A stretch of DNA of 64,000 nucleotides, taken from contig CAXHJY010000514.1 of NCBI GenBank assembly GCA_964016885.1, positions 186,001 through 250,000 of the forward strand, read 5' to 3'. The notes under the pieces are model-generated. The model made no database searches. It worked only from the letters and a program-made list of their open reading frames with translations, and was not told the origin of the DNA. The stretch is from Eledone cirrhosa. Its lineage: Eukaryota. Shown one piece after another: positions 52,404 through 63,733 of the stretch (the first letter of the stretch is position 1; each line of letters opens with the position of its first letter). A program made the translations under genes and the position numbers.

Positions 52404-55400
52404 CTCTTTGTTTCAGACACAGATGGCCAACAAAATCCCGTCTCCTACACCCCTCCCTGCCCCTCCAACCCATCCATCCCACCCTCTCAACTTCAGAGTT
52501 GGTACCATAAACGTAGGCATATTGAAAGGTCGCTCAAATGAGGTTGTAGAGATGCTTGACCGTAAAGAAGTTGATGTTTGTTGTATTCAAGAGACTAGGT
52601 GGAGAGGGGGGTCTGCCAGACTCATCGTGGATAAAAAACGATGCTATAAACTTTTCTGGGTGGGAAATGACAATGGACAGGGTGGTGTAAGAATTATGTT
52701 AGCTGAAACATGGATATATAAGGTAATGACAGAATAATTGAATTAAGACTAGTTCTAAATAGAACTACTGTGACAATAATATCTGCTCATGCACCCCAAT
52801 CTGGTCTACCTGATGTTATAAAGGACAGGTTCTGTGAGATGCTAATGCACACTACCTCCCAAATAACCAACAGTGACTACTTAATTATTGCTGGCGATCT
52901 AAACGGTCACGTTGGACAACATAGTGATGGATATGATGGAATCCATAGAGGCTATGAGGTTGGAAATAGAAATGAGGAGGGCTTCAGAATCGTGGAATTC
53001 TGTGACGCAAATAGCCTCACTATCTGTAACATAAACTTCAAAAAATGTGAAAAACACTTGATCATCTATAGATCAGAGGAACACGCCAGCCAGATAGATT
53101 ATATCCTTACTAGAAGACGGGACAAAATGTCTGTTGTAAACACTAAATCCCTTCCCCGTGGAGAATGCACCTCCCAACATAGTCTAGTAGTTAGTGACCT
53201 CATAGTCAGGAATAGACGTACTCGGCGACAGAGGAGGCCTACCTTGAGGAGAAGAATATGGAAGTTGAAGGACCCCATAGCCAGTGACAAATTTAAAAGC
53301 CTATTACTTGATCCCTTTGACAATAAGGAAGAGAAATTAGAGACGTGCAATATAGAGGAACAGTGGCAATTCTCGAAGGTGAACCTGCTGAAAGCAACGG
53401 ATGAAATCTGTTGCTGGAGCAGACATATTGGCAGGAGGAGAGTAACTTGGTGGTGGAACAGTAAGGTGGAAGAGGCAATCAAGGCCAAAAAGCAGGCTTG
53501 GAAAGTATGGCATGATGGGGGAAGTAGAGAGCACTATCAAGTGGCCAGGAGAGTTGCTAGGAGACAAGTGTACCTTGCAAAAAGGGTAGCAGAGGATAGA
53601 AAGTTCAAGCATGTTCTATAACGTGAGGACCAAAAACGTGAGCTGTTCAGGATTGCTAGACAATGTGTCAAGGAAAGCTGGGATATTGTCGGGGAGAAGT
53701 GTGTCCGTAATGATAATGGTGTACTTGCGCTCACTGATACTGATAAGAAGATAGCCTGGAAGTGTCACTACGAGAGACTATTAAATGAGGATAATAAATG
53801 GGAAAAAGATAGTCTGCCCCAAATCGATCCAATAGAAGGACCAGCGGTGCAAGTTAAAGGTAGTATAATAATTAAGGCAATCAATGATATGAAGACAGGC
53901 AAGGCAGCTGGGCCTTCGGAGATAGTTGCTGAGATGTTGAAGGCATCTGGTATGGTGGGACATTCTATGGTCACCCGTATAGTTAACCAAGTAATACAGA
54001 ATGGGGACATACCGAAAGACTGGCGTAGCAGCATCTTCATTAACTGCTACAAGGGTAAAGGGGATGCTCTAGATAGGGGAAACTATAGAGGCATTAAGAT
54101 AGTTGACCAGGTCATGAATGTCACAGAAAGAGTTATAGCGCAACTAATCAGAGAGCGAATTGATCTAGATGAAATGCAGTTTGGGTTTGTGTCAGGTAAA
54201 AGTACCACAGACGTTCTTTTCCTTGTACGACAACTACAAGAGAAGTACCTAGCTAAAAGTAAACCCCTCTACTTAGCCTTTGTAGACCTGGAGAAAGCTT
54301 TTGACAGAGTCCCCGCTCCATTATCTAGTGGGCTCTCAGAAAACTAGGTGTAGATGAATGGCTTGTGAGAGCTATACAAGCTATGTATAATGAAATAGTC
54401 AGCAAGGTTAGAATTAACAATGAATAATGTGAAGAATTTAGTGTAAAAGTTGGCGTCCATCAAGGCTCTGTCCTTAGCTACCTCCTATTTATTATTGCCC
54501 TTCAGGATATAACAGAGGAGTTCAAGACCGGCTGCCCATGGGAACTCCTATACGCAGATGACCTAACGCTCATAGCTGAAACAATGGCTGAACTAGGGAA
54601 GAAATTCCAAACATGGAAGCATGGCCTAGAATCAAAAGGCCTTAAAGTTAACTTGTCTGAGACTAAAGTTCTAGTTTGTAGAAAGGAAAATAGGGCACAA
54701 GTAACCTCAAGGAAATGGCCATGCTCAGTGTGTAGAAAAGGAGTAGGCAGAAATTTCATTTTATGTCCCAAATGTAAAGTATGGGTACATAAAAGATGTA
54801 GTGGGATCACAGGTAAACTATCTAAGAACGTAGACTTTATATGTGGCCGATGCTCAGGTGCAATATGTAGCAAGTGTCCAAAGGATACTAGCTCCTTCTA
54901 TTGCCCAGATGGTTCTATAGAAAAAGTAGACACTTTCCGTTACCTGGGTGACAAAATAAGCAGTGGTGGAGGATGTTCTGAAAGTACAGTAGCCAGAGTC
55001 AGAATGGGATGGAAAAAGTTCAGAGAGCTTATACCGCTGTTGGCCACAAAAGGTTTCTCTCTAAAAATGAAAGGCAGATTATATGATGCCTGTATACGAA
55101 CAGCAGTGCTACATGACAGTGAGAGAAAGGCATTACGTGCAGAGGACATACGTAGACTGGAAAGGAACGAAGCATGCATACTCCGTTGGATGTGTAATAG
55201 TAATATACGTGAACGGCGAAGTATAAATTAACTATGTGAGAAATTAGGAATAAGAGGGATCAGATGCTGTTTACTTGAGAGAAGACTACGTTAGTATGGT
55301 CAGGTGATACGAATGAAAGACGACAACTGTATAAAAAAGTGCAGAGCAATCAAAATTGATGGTAGTTACAGAGTAGGTAGACCCAGAAAAACCTCGGTTG

Positions 55401-55914
55401 ATCTGATAAATTCCGACCTCACACACTTACATCTCTCTAAGACAATGTCTCTGGACCGAGATCTTTGGCGCTACGCAGTAATACAGAAGACCCGCCTTGC
55501 CTATGTACAAAGCGAAACCTACAGTCAGTAGGCACCTCTTAACCAAATATACACCCCAATCCACTACCCCTACCCTATCCTCCCACTCCCACCAACAGCA
55601 CGAGATAATGAGATCGAGATCATGTAGGTGTCACGACAAAAAACACACACAGTCCACGCTGTAATGTGGTCGTGTAGGTAACACGGTAAAAATTCCCAGT
55701 TCCAAACTGTAAATGTGGTTGGTGTTAACAAGGGCATCTAGTCGTAGAAAACCTGCCAGATAGTCCTATATGAGCGAGACACGGTCAACCGACCAGCCTT
55801 GCCTCCAGTAGGACAATGCTAGCGTGGAAAATGCCTCCAGTAGGACAATGCTAGCGTCTAACCCATGCTAGCGTGGAAAATGGGCGTTAATCGAAGATGA
55901 TGATGATGATGATG
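52404..55914 (+). mobile_element. Second near full-length RTE LINE (more decayed)
   Basis: Colinear with 39915-43408 from ctctttgtttc through the ATG at 52423 to the (GAT)n tail. Multiple stops and frameshifts. Confidence 0.95.
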
Positions 55915-55928
55915 GTATATATATATAT

Positions 55929-55968
<40 letters not shown>

Positions 55969-56037
55969 TATATATATATATATATAATTATATATATATA
56001 TAAATATATATAATTATATATATATATAATTATATAT

Positions 56038-56081
<44 letters not shown>

Positions 56082-56085
<4 letters not shown>

Positions 56086-56849
56086 AAGGATGAGTATTTT
56101 AGACTTTATTTTATCATGAGTTAAGGCTCTATTGATTTTTCCCTGGATTTCACTAAATTCTGTGGATGAATCTATATCCTGATTCTCTTTGAGATGAGTT
56201 TGAATTATTTTTCCCACATCTCACGTTAACTATTTTTCCCATTTTGACGCTATAGTCACTTATATATTATGGTATACTGTTGGCTTTTCGCTACAATGTT
56301 TTCTATACCTTTCATTTATATATTTATACTCGGATTTCTTTCCTAGAGTGGTTAAATTATTTGTGACTAATTCCGGTATTTTTTTTATAAAAAACCGCTA
56401 TAACATTGCTTTTTGCTGAACTCCTTATTGTAGAGTTTTTTTCGGAATGTTTTTTGACTGTTGTTTCTTGTAAACAAACATTCGTCTCATACTGACGTCA
56501 CCAGACCTGTCTTTCCAGATGTGCATTTTATTTTTCATAATCACGCACGATGGTTAACTAGCCTGTTTTAAATTAACTTTTTGGCATATTAATCTGTGAG
56601 AATCTTGGTTATCGAGTTGAGCTCTGCTGAGGATCGAATTCCAACCGTGACCATCTCCACTGAAAGTTTTCGTGAAATAGTCCTTAAGATACAGAGCATT
56701 TAAAGTTTTTCCAAATTGAAGGATGAGTATTTTAGACTTTATTTTATCATGAGTTAAGGCTCTATTGATTTTTCCCATTTTGACGCTATAGTCACTTATA
56801 TATTATGGAATACTGTTGGCTTTTCGCTAAAATATTTTCTATACCTTTC

Positions 56850-56853
<4 letters not shown>
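56082..56853 (+). mobile_element. Non-coding element with terminal direct repeats and hammerhead-like motif (family C)
   Basis: 56082-56322 is repeated, with a ~95-bp deletion, at 56715-56853; period 633 bp. Bounded by (TA)n. Confidence 0.72.
56621..56697 (+). ncRNA. Hammerhead-like motif with long stem II
   Basis: GCTCTG-CTGAGGA-TCGAA...TTCGT-GAAA-TAGTCCTTAAGA-TA-CAGAGC, with a perfect 6-bp stem I. Confidence 0.6.
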
Positions 56854-56916
<63 letters not shown>

Positions 56917-56987
56917 TATATAAGTATGTATGTATACGTACATACATATATGTATACAGACGTACAGTAGCATGCATATATATATAC

Positions 56988-57040
<53 letters not shown>

Positions 57041-57202
57041 ATATATACAAACAGGTACACATACATATATGTACGTATCAGTTTAGCGGACGCTTATTAT
57101 AACGCCCGCTTTGTTCGTTTGTAAACAAACCGAACAGGCTGAATTTATGCCGTACGGTGTTAAGGCAACCACGTCACCTTTTTGTTCAACACTGACACAG
57201 GA

Positions 57203-57245
57203 AAGATGTACTAGTTTCAAGCTTGTTAGCTATCATCAGCACCGT
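57203..57245 (-). ncRNA. Hammerhead ribozyme (family A), intact core
   Basis: ACGGTG-CTGATGA-TAGCTAACAAGCTT-GAAA-CTAG-TA-CATCTT. Confidence 0.85.
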
Positions 57246-57539
57246 ATACCCGTCTGCCAGATGGTTTAACGTTCGAAAGTATATACTTTCCTTATGAAAA
57301 TTAACGGCTGAGCAGCCTAATTTGCATATCGAGTGAGTTCGGCCAGGCCTACCATACATATATACTTACATTTAAGTAAGTGCCGTACTAAGAGTGAGAA
57401 ATGAAATTTGGTTTCCATTTAATTACAACTTATCGTTCTCGGTACGCCTGGCCGAACTCACTCGATATGCAAATTAGCCGTTAATTTTCATAAGGAAAGT
57501 ATATACTTTCGAACGTTAAACCATCTTGCAGAAGGGTAT

Positions 57540-57582
57540 ACGGTGCTGATGATAGCTAACAAGCTTGAAACTAGTACATCGT
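57540..57582 (+). ncRNA. Hammerhead ribozyme (family A), intact core
   Basis: ACGGTG-CTGATGA-T-AGCT(AACA)AGCT-T-GAAA-CTAG-TA-CATCGT. Confidence 0.88.
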
Positions 57583-57730
57583 TCCTGTGTCAGTGTTGAA
57601 CAAAAAGGTGACGTGGTTGCCTTAACACGGTACGGCATAAATTCAGGCTGTTCAGTTTGTTTACAAACGAACAAAGCGGGCGTTATAATAAACGTCCGCT
57701 AAACTGATACGTACATATATGTATGTGTAC

Positions 57731-57799
<69 letters not shown>

Positions 57800-57949
57800 T
57801 GCTACTGTACGTCTGTATACATATATGTATGTACGTATACATACATACTTACATTTAAGTAAGTGCCGTACTAAGAGTGAGAAATGTAATTTCGTTTTCA
57901 TTTTATCACAACTTATATAATTATATATAATTTTATATATATATATATA

Positions 57950-58029
<80 letters not shown>

Positions 58030-58416
58030 TATATAATTATATATATATATATATATATAATTATATATATATATATATATATAATTATATATATATATAT
58101 AATTATATATATAATTATAAATTAGCGAGAATCGTATTTCGACTATTGGTAATTACCGAAAAACAACTTCCGAGATGTTTGGCACGCACTCCATAGAAGC
58201 TAATAAACTAGAGTTACAACAGAAGTTAAAAGGACAAACACACTGAGACGATGGTTAAACCATTATCCGCACAGCCATAGAAACGACCAAGTAATTCGGG
58301 TCAAACAAATAACATATGATTGAAAAACCATACCCGGACCCCTGGAAGGTTGGTAAAATATCCAGCATTTGGGTTTCTGCTCTACTAAATCAAGTACTGT
58401 CCGCTAAGACAAATAA

Positions 58417-58708
58417 GTGTTTCTACTGTAGGCACAAGGTCCCGTAAAGGGACGTAACTATGCTGGAAATCATGGTGTCCGACTCTCTACCGATACTGCC
58501 AATCAACCACTAAGACAAATAATTGTTTCTACTTTAGGCACAAGGCCCGCAATTACCCAGTACATTACTGGTACTTTATGTTATCGACCCCGTAAGGATG
58601 AAAGGCAAAGTTGACCTCGGCGGGATTTGAACTCAGACTTTAAAGGGGCGTAATTGTGCTAGAAAGCCTGGCGTACTTCCCTCTACAGATACTGCCAATT
58701 CACCGCCC
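58417..58708 (-). mobile_element. Two tandem Meta-SINEs (one internally deleted)
   Basis: Copies at 58417-58510 and 58523-58708, bounded by three copies of taagacaaataa. Confidence 0.85.
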
Positions 58709-58940
58709 TAAGACAAATAATGTTAAGCTTTGGGTAAGATGATTGAACAAGGAAGTCACTTTCTCAACACAGGCTTTCAGTTCAAGTGCCAACTGAAGGA
58801 CTGACCGTTATCAAAAGACAATGAGAACATATATATATATATATATATAATTATTATAATTATATATATATATATATATATAATTATTATATATCCCACC
58901 CTTCCAAGCGGGAAAAAGCGAACGTAAAATGAAATGATGA

Positions 58941-58977
<37 letters not shown>

Positions 58978-59000
58978 TTATATAATTATATATATATATA

Positions 59001-59338
59001 TCATCATCATTTCATTTTACGTTCGCTTTTTCCCGCTTGGAAGGGTGGGACGGGAACTGATTCTGGCTTGATTTCTACATCTGGATGCCCTTCCTAACAC
59101 CAACCTCATTTACAGTGAGTGGTGGGTGCTTTTTTGCCGTGGCACATCCAGGACCACCTTGTAGTGGAATGATATGGACCCCAGTTCCTATCATCTCATT
59201 TCTACAGCTGGGTAAACTGGAGCAATGTGAAATAAAGTGTCTTGCTCAAGGAAACAACACATCACCCTGTCTGAGAATTGAACTCACAACCTTTCGATTG
59301 CAAGCCCAATGCTCTAACCACTAACCATATATGTGCCT

Positions 59339-59340
<2 letters not shown>
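59001..59340 (-). mobile_element. CORE tRNA-SINE with RTE-type tail
   Basis: Same structure as 49126-49518 and 10727-11066. Confidence 0.9.
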
Positions 59341-59378
<38 letters not shown>

Positions 59379-59416
59379 AGGCACATTGCGTAGTGGTTAG
59401 AGCATTGGGCTTGCAA

Positions 59417-59463
<47 letters not shown>

Positions 59464-59501
59464 GTATAATCATATATATATATATATATATATGATTATA
59501 C

Positions 59502-59538
<37 letters not shown>

Positions 59539-59576
59539 TTGCAAGCCCAATGCTCTAACCACTACGCAATGTGCCT

Positions 59577-59660
<84 letters not shown>

Positions 59661-59698
59661 AGGCACATTGCGTAGTGGTTAGAGCATTGGGCTTGCAA

Positions 59699-59733
<35 letters not shown>

Positions 59734-59773
59734 GTATAATCATATATATATATTTATATATATATAATTATAC

Positions 59774-59824
<51 letters not shown>

Positions 59825-59829
59825 TATAC

Positions 59830-59918
<89 letters not shown>

Positions 59919-60010
59919 TATATATACATATATATATAATTATATATATAATTATATATATATTTATATAATTATATCTATATCTATATCTATACATATA
60001 TATAATTATA

Positions 60011-60050
<40 letters not shown>

Positions 60051-60053
<3 letters not shown>

Positions 60054-60630
60054 TTAAGGATACTATTTATGGTTATGTATATGATAAAACCTTTTATGGT
60101 TATATATTTTTTATATATAAATCCCAAATAGTGAAAGATAGTCATTAATTACTATCTTATTACCAGTAAGATAAATAGCTCAATGTAATAACATCAGTTG
60201 TTTTACAGAGCAGTTATATAGAGATTACATTAGTCAAAGTTCAGTTTAAATCATTTATTTGCTTACAATTGTTTCCTCCAAACCGATGTTTGGATTCTTC
60301 GGAGCAACTATTTAGTGATCTATAACATACTTGACCTCCTTTTCAACACAAGAGACATATAAAAACATATGCATATATTGACCCACAGTGGGTTGACATC
60401 CATCATAATGATATAGCATGGCAATTTACATATAAAGGTTAAAGGATTAAAATAAAAATTAAAATAAAAATAAAAATAAAAATAAAACATTGGCAGTTTA
60501 TGAAGATAAAGCAAGAGGAAAGTTTAGAGTAGTCAGTGTATGAAACAATCTCACGTGTGGCATGCACGCGTGTCTTATTTATACAGGATTAGAGTGCGGC
60601 AGATTGTTACTTGTAGAATCAGGCAGTTAA
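60051..60630. mobile_element. Non-coding pLTR-like element, family B, second locus
   Basis: Minus arm 60051-60343 includes the ribozyme. Plus segment 60445-60630 is homologous to 50800-50990. Confidence 0.72.
60259..60307 (-). ncRNA. Hammerhead (family B), CCGAAGA core
   Basis: TTGCT-CCGAAGA-A-TCCAAAC(ATCG)GTTTGGA-G-GAAA-CAATTG-TA-AGCAA. Confidence 0.75.
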
Positions 60631-61167
60631 AGCAGGCAATCAATAGTATCATGTGGGCCGTATTGTTAAATCATTTTTTCGCATGCACCTGTACGATATA
60701 CAATCCCGAATGTAGAGAAACACCAGAATATCAAAAATATCAAACATATTATAAAACATATTATAAAAGAGGCAAAACAGCACCACTGTCTTCGCACACA
60801 CCACCACTCACACAATCCATGAAATGCAATATATAGACGACAGGTCTATCACACATTCCACGATGATTAGGTGTCTGGAGAACCAAGTTGTAAACCATAT
60901 CTTGTCGTTTCTTAATTTGATTAATAGATCAGGTTGTTTTAGTTGTGTGAGATGACATTGTATTATATTCCGGAAGTGTGTGTGTGACTAAGGGGAGTTA
61001 ATGCGTAAGGGGAGGTAACTAGCTGATTTTCATAGTTAAATTTATTATCCTAACTTACATTAATGGTGTTTCAAATGAGTCCCTATCATATGAGGTTATA
61101 ACCAATTTCTAGATTATGTTACTTACCTATAGGTTACAGTGTTGTCTATTAAGCTAATATAGCTAGT

Positions 61168-62987
61168 AACTACAGGATCTCCTACTTCCTATCAATGGAT
61201 ATACGCCCCATAATCAAGATGTCTCCGGATGTATGTGACAGTACAGAGGACCTCCTAAGCAGAAGCAGTGAGTGCAACAAAAACAGGAACCTATCCAACT
61301 GCATAATAGGCAGCATGGATGTGGTGTCACTGTACCCATCTATTAACATTGATTTTGCTGTGGAAAAATGTGTGGAGATGATCATTGAGAGTGAGGTGGA
61401 GTTCGGCGACGTCGTCACAGACGAACTGGGCCTCCTACTTAGACTTACCTACGACACTGACTACCTGGAGAGCCATGACCTTAGACGTTTCTGCCCTAGT
61501 AGACCCATAAGAGGTAGACCCCCCACCATAACCTCAATGGCAAAAAAGACTCCCATGGGAAGGTGGATTGGGTGGACCAAAGCTATACGGACCCCCAAAA
61601 CAATAATCAGGTAAGAAAAATGGTCGCACATGCAATAGGGGCTAGTATCAAAACTACCCTCAAGGGCCTCATATTTAAGTTCAACGAGAAGATCTACACC
61701 CAAAATGAAGGAGCAGCCATTGGCGTCAGCATAGCTGGTGATGTTGCCAAACTTTTCATGGTATGGTGGGAAAGGAGACTTAAATATCTCCTTAATGAGA
61801 GCTCCATATACCTCATCATGTACTCTCGTTATGTAGACGATATCAATATAGTTATAAGAACATCCCCACTAGAGAGCACTAACAAGTTTGATTTAGAACG
61901 TAGCACAATGGAAAACATCCAGCAGATAGCTAATTCCATACACCTGAGTATAACTGTAACTATCGACTTCCCTTCCAAACACCCTAACAATAGACTACCT
62001 GTATTAGACACAGAACTCTGGATTAACACTATAGCCGAGAGGGCACAAATTCTCCACTCACACTATGCTAAACCCATGGCCTCCAAATACCTGATATTCA
62101 AAATCTCAGCAATGTCCAGTAGTGCTAAGTTTAATATTCTGATCGCAGATTTGGTACGAGTGATGAAGAATGTGTCCCGCATGTGCGACCCAACAGAAAT
62201 GGAAAGACTCATCCAACACTTCATCAACCGCATGCAGTTCTCTGGCTACAACCAAAGAGACAGAGTCAGAGTATACGAAGGAGCCATGGAAAAGTATAAG
62301 ACCCTCATAGAGCTGGACATGAAAGGAATTTGCCCATTATACAGGAGCAAATCATGGAATAGCTTAGATAGGGCTAGACATAAGATAGGGAAAGCCACCT
62401 CATGGTACGACAACCAGAGATACCAGAGTGCCATGTTTGTGGACGCTACCCCTGGAGGGAAATTAGCTAACCAGTGTAGAAAGGCCCTGAGAAAGACCCA
62501 CTTAAAAATTAAGGTGGTAGAAAAGCCAGGAACCACCATAAATTCCCTGATCAGCAAAACCTACCCTTTAAAGAAAACCCACTGTACCAATAGGAAATGT
62601 ATCATATGTAAGATAAACCCCCGGATAAACTGTAAAACTAGAAACGTAGTCTATAGCATAAGATGTACAGACGGTACCTGCAGAAACAGGACAACAACAT
62701 ACATAGGTGAGACAGCGCGTAGCATAGGTGAAAGGATAGAGCAACACTGGGGGGAACTAAAAGGACGAAAAAACGGGTCAGTACTATACGAACATGCCAG
62801 ACAACAACATGGCGGTAACATAGACAACATAGAAATTAGAATAATATTTAAACATAGAAATGACCCAGCAGATAGGCAAATCAGAGAGGCCAGTGAAATA
62901 GAACTTAGAAGACCAAGACTAAACAGAAAGAATGAATGGAATAACAACAACACCCAAACAAACAACACTGACCTAAGAGAAGTATAA
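61168..62987 (+). pseudogene. Penelope RT + GIY-YIG endonuclease (one frameshift ~61600, N-terminus missing)
   Basis: GSMDVVSLYPSI, YTQNEGAAIG, RYVDD, LPVLDT; Cys cluster CTNRKCIIC; NVVYSIRC...TYIGETARSIGERIEQH...RQIREA...LN. Confidence 0.93.
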
Positions 62988-63253
62988 ATATGTAAATAAA
63001 ATAAAATAAAAAATAAATGAATAAATAAATAAATAAATACATACACAAGCACAATAACAACAAACACATAAACACACATTAGTCACCCAAACACGAACAC
63101 ACATCACACATCAAACAAAATCCTATACACACACAAACGCACGCGCAAAGAAAATAAAATAAAATAAACAAACAAGCAAATAAATAAATAAATATATAGA
63201 CCGACTGAATAAAAATGGCGTAGCTATACAATTCAACAGTAGGAAACAATAGC

Positions 63254-63295
63254 ACCACTGACGTTGTTGCAGATGTGCAAAGAAAGGTTTATGAT
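63254..63295 (+). ncRNA. Hammerhead in Penelope pLTR (mutated copy)
   Basis: ACCA-CTGACGT-TGTTGCA(GATG)TGCAAA-GAAA-GGTT-TA-TGAT, positionally equivalent to 37708-37749. Confidence 0.6.
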
Positions 63296-63526
63296 AAACT
63301 ATATATATGTGTTTGTGTCTATATTGTATCTGTATTATTTTTGACCGTCGGTCAGTCAATGGCAACATTGAGGACCGAGTATATTAGATTACCGATATAA
63401 AAGACACAGAAGCGAAAAGCGATAACCAACCAAACAGTGAGTGTGTTCTGTTATTAATTCTGGCAATATTACACAAATATGACCCTCCCCAAGTATAATA
63501 ATATATATATATATATATAATTATAC

Positions 63527-63640
<114 letters not shown>

Positions 63641-63733
63641 AGGAAGTTATGGTTCACTTGAAACATTGTGTAGTAAGGTATAAACGTTTGTATATGTATA
63701 ATAAAGCCAAACAATGCAGGTATGCAGATAGAA

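Larger units (their letters stand above)
56922..57915. mobile_element. Retrozyme-like family A: partial - copy plus terminally redundant + copy
   Basis: Minus copy 56922-57350. Plus copy 57355-57915 begins and ends with tacttacatttaagtaagtgccgtactaagagtgagaaatg. Confidence 0.85.
61168..63500 (+). mobile_element. Penelope-like retroelement, 5'-truncated, with 3' pseudo-LTR
   Basis: An RT + GIY-YIG ORF followed by an A/C-rich UTR and a hammerhead-containing pLTR, ending at (TA)n. Confidence 0.93.

Noticed and set aside
58160-58295. Further hammerhead-like traces here and at 22698-22770, 48900-48945 and 61050-61105
   Set aside because: The cores are too degenerate to distinguish from chance by eye.
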